A model generated the notes under the pieces. That model was not told where the DNA came from and did no database searches. It saw nothing but the letters and a program-made list of their open reading frames with translations. 64,000 nucleotides of DNA, taken from the NCBI GenBank assembly GCA_964016885.1, contig OZ024743.1, positions 271,374,001-271,438,000 of the forward strand, given 5' to 3'. A program made the position numbers and the translations under genes. Positions 1 through 13,500 of the stretch are shown one piece after another. This stretch comes from Eledone cirrhosa. Its lineage: Eukaryota. Every line of letters starts with the position of its first letter. The stretch's first letter is position 1.

Positions 1-230
1 TGCTCCAGTTTACTCAGCTGTAGAAATGAGATGATAGGGACTGCGGTCTCTATCATTCCACTGCAAAGTGGTCATGGAGGTGCCATGGCAAAAAAGCACC
101 CAGCACTCACTGTAAATGAGGTTGGTGTTAGGAAGGGCATCCAGCTGTAGAAATCAAGCCAGAATCAGTTCCCGTCCCACCCTTGCAAGCAGGGAAAAAG
201 CGGACGTAAAATGAAATGAAATGAAATGAT
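1..230 (+). mobile_element. SINE 3' part (octopus OK-like family, RTE-type tail)
   Basis: Near-identical inverted copy at ~24793-25113; GGAAGGGCATCCAGCTGTAGAAA body; simple-repeat tail. Confidence 0.75.
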
Positions 231-686
231 GACTAGGGTTCACATTATTAAAACATCCAAGAGACCTATGAAATGTAGCCATAAGAAGGCTAGTTAAACT
301 AACATAGGTGTGATCTGTAAATTTCATTTTAAACCATATCACAATTTCACATAAATTCTGCCTGAGAATTATGTTTAGATTACATATGTCTGTGGAATAC
401 AGAGGCTTGTGTCCTTATAATGTGTCTACAGGAGGTAACAATATATTTCAATTCATACTGTGTTTTCATAGATATTATATTTGGGTCTCATGATGAGTAA
501 AATAACTGGGAATATAGCCAGGGATTAATTTGTTGTGAAGAGAAAGGGAATAAGATGGTTGTGTCATGACTTGAGAAAAGTTGAAAGGGACACACATTGT
601 TACAATTTTCAGTCTGCTTTGTTTTGAATAAAAGTTCCTTTTTTTTTTTTTTAACCCTTAAAAACAAATGTTGTTTTTCTTTCTAG

Positions 687-822
687 TGTCTTATGTGTTG
701 GTTCCAAAGATATGTCAACCCGTGTTTATGGTGCTATCCGATATAAGAATCTCATTATTTATACTATTGGAGGTCATTCTGACTGTATAATTGGTGCCTT
801 CTTTGAAAAAGATTCTATGAAT
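687..822 (+). CDS. PWP2: PWP2 exon (VLCVGSKDMSTRVYG...FFEKDSMN)
   Basis: ttctag acceptor; WD40 sequence; followed by GTATCCTTT donor. Confidence 0.92.
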
Positions 823-3800
823 GTATCCTTTTTTTAAAAAATATTTTTATCTTTCTTATCATCATTGTTATCATCATCTTTATCATCACTGTCCACTCTC
901 CCTGCCAACAAATGTTGAATTAGTTGCCAGCAGACCTGGTCAGCACCAAAGTAGAGCTATTGACTCTTCAGATAGGCCAGGAGCTTCCATCCTGCTTATA
1001 TAGGCTCCATTCATTTACAGAGTGTTCTGATGGACTGGGGACCTGCAACATTCTTATATACAATCCAATACTCTACTGAGTGCGTTATATCATGACAACT
1101 GCACTGGGTTGGGTACCATGTCTTTGTATGTATATAGATATAAATGCTCCTACATACACCTGGTGTGAAGAGATGTAGACAATCGTGAAAAGTGTAGAAG
1201 CTTGTGATGGGGCCCACCTTGCTAACCTCTTAAAACACTTGTTGTCTGCTTGGATTAAAATGATGGGTTTAAAAACTGGGCATCATTATCACGACCACCA
1301 TTATCGTCATCATTATCATTGTAGTTTTTATGTCCAGTCTTCCATGTTGGCATTGTGGTTAGGGTGTTTAGTTCATGATTGTAAGGTTGTGAGTTTGATT
1401 CTTGGTGACATGTGTCCCAGAGCATATACTTTATTCCATGTTGCTCCAGTTCACTTGGTTGGCAAAAATGAGTTGTACATGTTATTCAAAGGGCCAACCT
1501 TGTCTGAGTTCTTAGAATGCCGAATAAAATGTTTTGTGGTATTTGCTCCGACTCTGTTTTAGGTTCAAAACCTACTGAGGTAAATTCTGCCTTTCATTCT
1601 TTCAGGGCTGATAAAATACCAGTCCAGTACTGTGGTCAATTTTTCTATATTTCTTTCTCTCATTCTCTGGAAGGACAGAGAGAATGAAAGAGAGGAAATG
1701 TTCACACCTAAAAAGGGGAGGGGCTCCACCAAGTTATAAAATGCTCAAGACAGCACCCTTACAACTCCATTAGGAGTTATGGGCCCATACATACATATTT
1801 CCAGGCTGGCATGGGTTGGATGGGATTTTTTGAAACAGTATTTTACAACTGAATGCCCTTTCTGACACCCGACACTTTTAGTCACCTCTTAGAAACACAC
1901 AGTGGTAGAGTGTACATGTTATACAGAATTAGGATGTACCTTGTAAGATGCAAAAGGACAATATGTAGAGAAATGTAAAATTTTGTTTCAAAAATTGGTT
2001 TGGAGTTCCTTAACTTTGTTTTTGTCCAGCTTTACACTGTGGCTGCAAATGGAATTGTAAATTACTGGGAGTCTAACACAGATCTGAATGGACTGGTGAC
2101 TTTTAAAAAAGAGGACCACAAAGAAGAGACTGAAGATCTGGATATGGACAATTCCACTGGTATGCTTCTTTCCTTTCTTTTCATCATCATCATCATCATC
2201 ATCATCATTATTTTTATATCCGCCTTGTCACAGTCTGCGACTAAATGTGTCTCTACATGGTTGATCTACCCGTTAGAAGTAGCTTCCACATCTCAAATTA
2301 CACATGCATGCTCAGTCACACATGCACACACACACACACACATGCCTATATATATATATATACACACACAATCATCATTATCATCATCGTTTTTATGTTT
2401 GCTTTCTACACTGTCATGAGTTGGATGGGTTGTTACAGTCTGAGATCAGACAAGTTGAAGTAACCTCATCTTGCTCATATGTTCTACATTTCTACAGCTG
2501 GAGGCCCTTCCTAACGCAAACCACTTTACAGAGCATACTGGGTTCATTCTTTCATGGCACCAGCACTAACACTTTATCGAATGTACTGAGTGCATTTTAT
2601 CATGACACCAGCACTACCACTTTATAGGGTGGACCGAGTGTGTTTTATTGTGGCTCTAACACTACCATATTACAGGCTGGGCCGAGTGTGTTTTATTGTG
2701 GTACCAGCACTACCACATTACAAGGTGAATTGAGTGCATTTATTGTGACACCAGCACCACCACATTACAGGGTGGACAGAGTGCATTTTGTTGTGTTACC
2801 AGCACTATCTCTTCATGGGATAGACTAGTGTGTTTTATTGTGGCACCAGCACTATCATTTTAGAGAGAGGGCTGGATGCATTTTATCGTGGCACCAACAC
2901 TACCACTTTACAGAGTGGGTTGAGTGTTTTATTGTAGCACCAGGTAGTATCAGCAATGGAAACATAGTTTTCTTGGTCCAGTCTATTATTGTTGTGTGGT
3001 TAACTCTTTTGATATCAACCTGACCAAAACCACTGCTGTTTTCATGAAATAAAACTACCAATTTTAAGGGTTTCTATTTGAATTAAAAATCATCCAACAT
3101 AATTTAGTAAAAAGGCCTTGCATTAAGTTATGTTGCAAATAGCATCTTAATAATGAAATAATTTATAATTTTAGTAAATCATTCTAAATTCTTCATTAAT
3201 TAATTAAAAAAAAAGCATATTTCATTAATAATGATGATGATAATAAACATTTTAAAACAGAAGTATTTTTTAAAATATTTTAACTCTATTATCACTTTCT
3301 GTATATATAAATAAGATAAATTAATGTTAGAGAGGAGGTTGCGTTGGTTTGTACATGTGATGCATATGAAGGATGACAGCTGCATAAAAAGGTGCAGAGC
3401 ACTAGACGTCGATGGAAGCTGTGGAGTGGGGAGACCGAAGAAGACCTGGGATGAGGTGATAAAAGCCGACCTTACCCAATTGCACCTCTCAAAGGCGATG
3501 ACACAGGACTGTGACCTCTGGCGTCACACAGTAATACAGAAGACCCGACTTCCCATGGGTACAAGCCGAAGCTGAAGCATATAGACAATATGGCGCCACC
3601 CCCTCCCACTGCAAAGTGGTCGTGGAGGTGCCACAGCAAAAAAGCACCCAGCCCATACTGTAAAGTGGTCGTGTAGGTGCCATTGAAGAAAAGCACCCAG
3701 CACTCACTGTAAATGAGGTTGGTGTTAGAAGGGCATCCAGCTGTAGAAATCAAGCCAAAATCAGTTCCCGTATGAGCAAGACAAGGTCAGCCGACTGGAC

Positions 3801-6800
3801 ACTCCCCACAACAGGACAACCTGTCTAACCCATGCTAGCATGGAAGAATGGACGTAAAACGGTGATGATGATGATCAATTAAAGTTAACCTCTGTGGGGT
3901 TTGAACTCGAGAATTAAAGAGCCAGAACAAATACTGCAAAGTATTTTGTCTGGTGCTCTAATGTTTCTTTTAATCTACTGCCCTAGTATATAGCAATAAT
4001 GATAGCTATGATAATTATAGCAATCTAAGAAATATGGATATTATCAAATCTAAAGGCTCTTAACATCTGATGAAATTGTTGGGTCATTGTTGTGCCAGGA
4101 GCATTTTAAACCTGCTGGAGACTATCCCTTTCTAGGTCAGAACACAGCTGATTTCTTCCAGAGAGATTGATAAAGAGGAAGAATCAACTAGACTGGTACT
4201 TTATCAACCACAAAAGGATGAAAAGCAAAGTGTTGTCCTCAATTGCGATTTAAACTCAGTGTTCAGTGACTCTGGAACAAATACAAAGACATTTAATTTG
4301 ATGCCCAAATGATTCTGCCAATTTGCTGCCTTTTTACCATATGTACTATCATGTTTTGTAGTAATAATTATCAAGGGATCTTTTTTTTTTTTTTTGAGGC
4401 AATGGTTTATAGATAGATACCCTTCCCGATTCCAAGTCTTTTAATCACTTCTTATGACATGTAGCGATACATAGCATATCTATTCTAAATCAGATACATT
4501 CCAAAGTGACTTGGTAAGAGGTATGATGGAAATGAATATGGAAGGAAGTCGAGGAAAGGGAAGCTCAAGAAAGATATTGCTAAAGATAAAAAATGAATGA
4601 AAGTTAATGTGCTGGGGCGCAGGATACAGAGAATAAAGGAAAATGGAAAAGCTTGCCTTAGCCTGGATAATGATAGAAATTTAGGGAATGTGGATGGAAT
4701 AATCTGGCCCTAAAAGTCTTGTCCAATCCATGCAAGCAATTAACCCCCCCCCCCCCCCAAAAAAAAAAACAACAACAACAAAAAAAGCAATGCCATCATG
4801 TTTTGTAATCATACACACCATGTGGTCCTTTGAGGCAATGGTTTACAGCCTGATACCCTTTTCTGCTTCAGCAGAGGAAATGTTATTAACACATTAGCAT
4901 TTAAACCAGCCATATCCAACCAGAATTCACTCATCCCTTTCTGTTCAAACCGGCCACTCATACTTTTGTTAAGGTATTGTTCTCAAAATAAATAACATCA
5001 AAATCTCATAGTTGATATTATGTGAGATAATGTTTACCACAAAAATACTATAGTAAATATAGAGTAATGTAAATGCTAAAGGGTTAAATATTTGTTGTGT
5101 ATTGTGTTTTTAAGTCCTGTTTGTAATGTTTCTTTTACAGATGCTCAAAATCGTCGGCGCCAAGAGGAGGAGGAAGACAGAGTAAAGAACAAGATCATAT
5201 ATAAGAAAGGTCAAAGGTGAGTTTGTTCCTTCTCTCTACAATGGATGTGGCTTAGTGGTTAGAGTGTTCCCCTCACAATCGTTATGAGTGTGAGTTCAAT
5301 TCCCACTAGCACATTGTGTCCTTGAGCAAGACACTTTCTTTCACATTGCTCAACCCGAGGCTATACTAAAAAGACTTGCACAAGGGGCTTCATAATGAGA
5401 CTAAACCTGATTTGCATGGTTAACTCCTTGTTTAGCATTTAAACTAGCCATATCCAGCCAGAATTCTCTCGCCTCTTCCTGTTCAAACCAGCTGTAAACG
5501 ACCACTCATACTGATGTTAACGTATGTTTCTCAACATAAATATAAAAATCTCCTAAATTCGATATTATTTGAATTAAGGCTTTTACCACAAAAATACAAT
5601 AGTGTATATGGAATAATGTAAATGCTAAAGAGTTAATCTCACAGCCATGTCTGCACTTGTAATAATTTTCTATTTCTTTTTTTAATCTGATTGAATTTTC
5701 ATGTTTTATTTTCAACTGATTTCAGATGTAATTTGAAACAATCACGAGATAAAGGCAGTTCAAATATGTTTGTCAAACTGACCAGTGTTACTTTTCATAA
5801 GACAACTAATTTATTGGTCAGTGGTTTTGAAGATGGCTGTTTCTTCATCCATGAGATGCCCTATGCCAGTCTAATCCATTCCTTAAGGTAGGTAGAGTTG
5901 TTTTATATTTTAGCGTTTATGATTCCAGTCTGTCCAAAATTTGCTCTCCTCTTCCTCTTCGTCCACATCATCATCTCCACCACCATCATCATTTAACATC
6001 CACTTTCCCTGCTAGCAAGAGTTGGACAGGTTGTCAGTAGACCAGGTCTGTACTCAAGTGGAGCGACTGATCCTTCAGATGTGCTAGTGGCCTACATTTC
6101 ACTTACATATGTTCCTGCACTGTACTGAGTGTTTAGGCAGGCTGGCAGCCTGTAACTTGCTTACATATGATCCCTTGCTCTGTCAAGTGCATTTTCCCAT
6201 GGCACCAGGATGGCTGTGATTCTGGGAACAAAGCCACCCATTTTAAAATTAAAATCTTTCAACCATATGTGAACCTTAATAATGAAATAATGAATAATTT
6301 TAGTAAACCCACCAACATTCTTCATTAATTGAAATAGTGTTACATTAGAAATATGTTCATGAAAGGGTTAATTTCATTTATCATCTTTGTTGCTGCTGTC
6401 TTTGCCACAAACTGTGTAGAAACAGGAATGAGGCAGTTACTTGAATTACTCAAATCTTTTCCGTTTGATACTTTTGAGAAAGATGACAACTGTTGTCAAA
6501 TCACTTAACTTTTAACATCCTGTTATGATTTAGCAGAAAATATCTATAACAGATTTGTTAATTCAGATGTTTATAGTATCATTACTGCTGGACAGAATGA
6601 TGTGAAAATTTGTAGAAAACTAAAATAAAGACTTTAATTTTTAAAGTGATGCAGCCAGTGTTGTTTTATACATTTCAAGAATGTCTTGCTAATGTGGTAC
6701 AGGATGTTAAGAGTGAAAATGTAGTGGTTAGCATTAGGAAGAGTATCTGGCTGTAGAAACCATACCAAAATATGGAACATGTGAAAAATATATGGCTCTC

Positions 6801-7492
6801 TGACTTGTCTAGTCTCGAACCATGATGACCCGATCAACCCATGCCAGCATAAAAATAATGATGGTACTCAAAATATGCTCTTTTGGTAATGGAAATTGTG
6901 CATCTAAGTGTTCTTTAGCCAAACTGGAGCAAAGCGGAGTTATGTGCCTTGTTAACAGAATACTGCAATCTAAACTATAATTATTTCTACTTTTGGCACA
7001 AGGCCAGCAATTACCCAGTACATTACTGGTACTTTATTTTATCGACCCCGTAAGGATGTAAGGCAAAGTTGACCTCTTCTGCTAGTTGCCTGTAAGATTT
7101 GAACCATGAACTGCACAGCTATTATTCTTCTGCCCCCACCCCTTTTTTTCCTTCTGATTGCTGTTTCATTGTTTATCCTGTTGTTGTTATTGCATTGTTC
7201 TTTTTGCTATGTGTGTGTGTGTATATCTACAACTCATGATGGAGTCGTAGGGTTGCCCATCTCCTCTCCAGGTCTGAATTCAGCAGAAAGATAGAAGGTG
7301 AGAGAAAGAAAGGGAGAAAGAAATATAGAGGGAGAATCAACCCCAGTACTAAACTGGTACTTTTTTAAACGACCTCGAAAGGATAAAATGCAAAATTGAC
7401 CATAGTAGGATTTATACACTGAGAGCAGTGAGCCAGAATGGAAACTGCAAAGAATTCTATGCAATGTTCTAACAAGTCTGCCAAGTCGCTAC

Positions 7493-7529
<37 letters not shown>

Positions 7530-10500
7530 GTGACAAACATAAAAAAAATACATTACATTGCAATAATGGTATATTAGTTTAATGCTTATAAAAAAGTTAG
7601 AAAAGAGTCTTAGTGTTTTGGATGCTAATCTTTCATTGGAAGATGGAATCTATCTGTGTGTGTGTGTGTGTGTGTGTAATATTTGAGTTCAGCAAGTTGG
7701 CAGAATCATTAGAACATTGCATAGGATGCTTCGCAGTATTTGTTCTGGCTTTGTGTATTCTGATTTTAAGTCTCGTCAAGGTCAACTTTGCCTTTCATTC
7801 TTTTGAGGTTAATAAAAGAAAGCGCCTGTCCAGTACTGGGGTTGATTCTTCCTCTATAACTCTTTCTCACTTCCTTTCTCTCACCTTCTTTCCTTCTCTA
7901 GCAGAAATCGGCTGTGTCCAGACAAGGAAAAGAGATGAGCTCTGTCATGTTTTAAAAATGCCCAAGATTCGCTGTATGATTCTATGGCGCCATTATGACT
8001 TTACCAGGAGTTATAGGTACATACATACACATGCACACAAAACACATACATATATATTTACTCAATGTGATATGATGTGTATTTTCAGTATTTCTGACCA
8101 ATTAGTTGGTGCTGTAGAGTTCAACAAGACTGGTGACTGGATTGCTATGGGTTGTTGTGGTCTTGGCCAGTTACTAGTATGGGAATGGCAGAGTGAAACT
8201 TACATTTTGAAACAGCAAGGCCATTTCAACAATATGACTTGCCTACAGTATTCTCCTGATGGTCAATTCATTGCAACTGGTGGTGAAGATGCTAAGGTCA
8301 GTATAAATTTTTTTTATCTCTAATCTTAACCCTTTTGATACCAACGTGATTGAAACTGTTCCTGGTTTTGTGATACAAAACTGCTTATTTTAAAGTGTTC
8401 ATATTTATTGATATACTCAAATATGCACCGACCCCACTATATTATGTCTGAGAAATGGACAAAAATTCAAACCTTATTTGCATAGTATTGGAAGTTGGTG
8501 AAAATCGTCAAAATATTGACCCCAAATATAAACCGACACCCCTTCTACTATCGATTTTTTTCTGGTCACCTATTCCTCGTCTTATATCCAAGTATGTATG
8601 GTATATTGAAACCTAACATAGTTTTAAATAAGAACTTTTCATTTAATCCTTTTGATACCAACCTACCCAAAACTGACTTTATTTCTATGAAACAAAAGAC
8701 CTCATTTTAAAGGATTCCTATTTAAATTAAAGCTTGCCAACATTATTTGGTATAATGTGTTATGTTATAAATACTATCTTAGTAATGAAATAATTAATAA
8801 TAAAAAAAACCCCCAAAACCCCCAAACCCCAAAGTCTTCATTAATTAACTGAAATGCAGTATATGCCACCAGCTTACTAATGAAAAATTATCTATTTTAC
8901 TATATTCCTCCAAATTCTTGATTATTGGAGAATATCATTATGTTGATCTTGCTTTGGAGAGGGTCATAGTATTGGTCTCATCATTAACATTTGTAAATGT
9001 CTTGATGTTTTTCAGGTGAAAGTTTGGAATGTAACGAGTGGTTCCTGTTTTGTAACATTCTCTGAGCATACTGCTGGTATTACAGGTGTTATTTTCAACC
9101 AACAAGGACAGGTTGTACTTTCTTCTTCGTTGGATGGAACAGTGCGAGCCTTTGATCTCAATCGGTGAGTGTCTTCTTATATTAGTTTTAGTTAGCTCTT
9201 ACACATATAACTGAAACTATTTAACTACTATAGGTGTTAGTCTCAGTTACACCTGGGAGAGTTATCTAACTACTCTAGGTGTTAGTCAGCTCTCCCAGGG
9301 CAACTGAGTCTAACTGCTATTCTAGCTGCCTAAATGTTTTAGATTAAATCCTAGATTCTTGTCTGTTATCTAAAATATTCACTGTGTTTAAACCCTTACC
9401 TTCTTCATTGGATGGGACAGTGCGAGCCTTTGATCTTAACTGGTGAGTGTCTTCTGCTTATATTACTGTTATTTAGCTGTTACACATGTAACTGAGACTA
9501 TCTAACTACTATAGGTAGATTCTTGTCTCTTATCTAAAATATCCACTGTGTTTAAACCCTGTTTACCATATTTCTCATGAATGACATTGCCTATTATTTT
9601 CAAATCATTTTGAAAATAATAAAAAATTTAAAAGGATTTTAGTAAAATAAAACATTTTCTCATTATTTATCTGGTTATGTCCCTTTACGGTTTGAGTTCA
9701 AATCCCGTCACGGTTAACTTTTCCTTTCATCCTTACGGGATCGATAAAATAAAGTACCAGTAATGTACTGGGTAATTGCTGGCCTCATGCCAAAAGTAGA
9801 AACAACTATTTATCTAGTGTTTGGGACATACCTTAACAAGGGTCTTTATGTAAAATTAAGACAGAGTTTTAGATAAATATAATAATGCACTCAGCCCACA
9901 CTATAAAGTAGTAATGCTGGTGCCATAATAAATGTACTCAGCCCACACTGAAATGTGGTAATGCTGGTGCCACAAAAAAATACACCCAGTCCTCTCGGTA
10001 ATGACATAGTGCTGGTGCCACAATAAAATACACTCAGATCATTGAGATGGTTGCTTCTAGTAGGACTTTCTGGAAAGTGTATCTGTAAATGTGGTTGGTG
10101 TTAGGAAGGGCATCCAGCCGTAGAAAACCTGCCAGATAGTCCTATATGAGCGAGACACGGTCACCCGACCAACCTTGCCTCAAGTGGGACAACTCCCGTC
10201 TAACCCATGCTAGCGTGGAAAGTGGACGTTAAACGAGGATGATGATGATGATGATGAGTCCTGTCTTCACGATTCTGCCAGGAATAAGTGGCAAAGATGA
10301 TTTTAATGTAAATATGAGTATTTTAAATTTTAAAATGAGAACTTTTGTAGTTTCAAGCTCTTTGTTTGTTAATTTCTCATCTCCGTTTCTTTTCTTTCCA
10401 GTTCCTGAAATTTCTGTGTTTGTCTCTTTGTTAATTTCTCACCTCCATTTCTTTTCTTTCCAGTTACCGAAATTTCCGAACTTTCACCTCTCCGCAGGCT

Positions 10501-13500
10501 GCTCAATTTTCTTGTTTAACAGTTGACTCTAGTGGAGAAATCGTGTGCGCAGGAAGTGTAGATTCTTTTGAGATTTACGTCTGGTCCATGAAAACTGGCC
10601 ATCTTCTTGATGTACTATCTGGGCATGAGGCCCCTATCTCTGAGCTCTGCTTTAGTCCATCTCGAGCACTGTTAGCCAGTGGTTCATGGGACAAAACTGT
10701 CAAGTTATGGGACATCTTTGAGAACAAAGGAGCTAGAGAGACTTTGTCTTTGAGTTCTGATGGTAATTACAACAGTTTGCTGATTTTCTTTTAGTTTTTA
10801 TGGTTTTTTTTTGGTATGCGGTCACATGGCAGAGTTGTTAGGGTGTTACATAAAATACCTCAGTATTTTTTCCAGCTCACTGCACTCAAGGTTCAATCCC
10901 TGCTAAAGTCAACTTTTGTCTTTCATCCTTTTGGGGTTGATAAAAATACCAATCCAATTCAGTAGTGTTAATAAGTCAGTATCTAACTGTGGCTCTGTAC
11001 ATTCTGAGTTCAAATACTCCTTCTTTCCTGCCTCGTGTTGCAACAGACAGATAATACCAGCAATGGAAAGACAAGTAAAACATTGCTTACTTGGTCTGAT
11101 CTAATAATTAGGTCCCTTCCCTTTTTTAGGTTTAACTCTTAATGTTCTGTACCACATAAGGCCTCCATGCTTCCCGAGATCCGCCAACACTACAGCTAAC
11201 ACATACAAACATGTACTTCCCTGACATTTGTGTATTATTCTATGTACTATATTGACGAGTTGTAGTGCACCTGAGCACTTTACACAATAATTTCATTATT
11301 ATTATTATTATAAAACTGAAGTATCAAGAGATCATTGCAAATTACAAGACAGTGCTATTACATTAGATGTTTTCATAATGATCTGCTCACTAGTACAGAT
11401 ACATTTGAATTAACAAAGCAGTTTTCAGACATTTTCTGTTAAATCATTACAGGATTTTAAAAGTTAAAAAATGTATTGCTCATAATTAGCTCTAGGTAAG
11501 CCCTGATACATCAGGGGTGTTGTATAAAACAGTTTGATGCTATGTTTTAATGAGGTCTGGAGAGAGATATGTAGTGAAAGGAGAGAAATAGAAGTTATTG
11601 GATGTATAATGTTAGTCCATTTGATACCAAACTGCCTGAAACCATCCCTAGTTCTATGATATAAATGTTTATTTTAAAGTGTTTAAATTTATCTAAAATC
11701 CTTTCAGCGTAATATTATGTAAGAACTCTTGTTTAGTTGCGTTTCAAACAGTAGATAAATAACGAGAAAATTAGTTATATTACTAAATCCCTCAAAATTT
11801 GTCATCATTTTAAATATTATTTGACAACCATAGCCAGTGTCTTTCATTAGAAATCTGGTGATGATAGGGTTAATGATTGTTGAGCCACAACAGAGCAACA
11901 GTAACATAACTACTATTTTTGCAATATTTGAACTTTTGTTCAATCATCTTAAACCTTTTGACACAAAATTGCCTGAAACTGGTTCTGGTTCTATGATACT
12001 AAGCTGTTTATTTTAATGTGTTTATATTTATCTAAAAACCTTATACCATAAGAGCCTTTTTGTTCCAAACAGCAGATAAATAAGGAGAAAGTTAGTTATA
12101 TTATTACAAGACTCCTCCAAATTTTTGAATATTTTCAAAATGATTTTAAAATCATAGGTGCTTGAAAAGGGGGAAAAGTGTAGCTCACCTACCTCACATG
12201 TCTCCTTGGTTGATTTTGTCCAGATGGAGTATATCCATGAGTGCCCTACCTGCCTAACCTCTAAGCGGAACCTATAAACATATATCCTGAACTCACGTGG
12301 CAAAACATACCTGAAAGCGAGTGACTGACCTCTAGTCCTACTTTGGCTTACGCGAAATCACTTGCCCTCCTGCTTCTAGCAAGGCCTTCCAGCCCCATGA
12401 CGTCACTGTCCCTTATACTTCTGGCAAGGGCCCCAACCCCACAAAAGGCAGGGTCTTTTATTAGAAATATGGTAAAAAAATGTTAACATAACAGCCAACA
12501 ATAATCATTATACATCATGTACTTCGTTTCACATTCATAACCATCTCCGGTTTCTTTTATAGTTTTGGCTCTAGCATTTCGCCCTGATGGGAATCAGCTT
12601 GCTGTCACAACACTAGATGCTTCCATAACATTCTGGGACACCCAGGCTGCTGTCCAAACAGGTTCACTTGAAGGTCGACATGACTTGGGATATTTCCGAA
12701 AACTGGAAGATAAAATAACTGCCAAAACGTCTTCAGCTGGACAGTAAGTTGTTTTTATTGTACAACATAGTTATATTTCTGTTTTATTGTACTCTTTTCA
12801 TGCCAAGTGTGTACTGGATGTATTTTATTGTGGTACCAGCACAACCACATACTGTACTAGGTACATGTTATTGTGGTGCCAGCACTACCATTTGACAGTG
12901 TACTGGGTGCATTTTATTGTGGTGCCAGCACTACCATTTGACAGTGTACTGGGTGGATTTTATTGTGGTGCCAGCACTACCATTTGACAGTGTACTGGGT
13001 GCATTTTATCATAACGCCAGCACTACCATTTGACAGTGTACTGGGTGCATTTTATCATAATGCCAGCACTACCATTTGACAGTGTACTGGGTGCATTTTA
13101 TTGTGGTGCCAGCACTACCATTTGACAGTGTACTGGGTGGATTTTATTGTGGTGCCAGCACTACCATTTGACAGTGTACTGGGTGCATTTTATCATAACG
13201 CCAGCACTACCATTTGACAGTGTACTGGGTGCATTTTATCATAACGCCAGCACTACCATTTGACAGTGTACTGGGTGCATTTTATCATAATGCCAGCACT
13301 ACCATTTGATAGTGTACTAGGTGCATTTTATCATAATGCCAGCACTACCATTTGACAGTGTACTGGGTGCATTTTATCATAACACCAGCACTACCATTTG
13401 ACAGTGTACTGGGTGCATTTTATCATAACACCAGCACTACCATTTGACAGTGTACTGGGTGCATTTTATCATAACGCCAGCACTACCATTTGACAGTGTA

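Noticed and set aside
486-575. Possible box C/D snoRNA (ATGATGA with tctca/tgaga ends)
   Set aside because: No canonical CTGA box D and no recognisable rRNA guide.
6525-6600. Hairpin followed by ACA (H/ACA-like)
   Set aside because: No H box or 5' hairpin identified.
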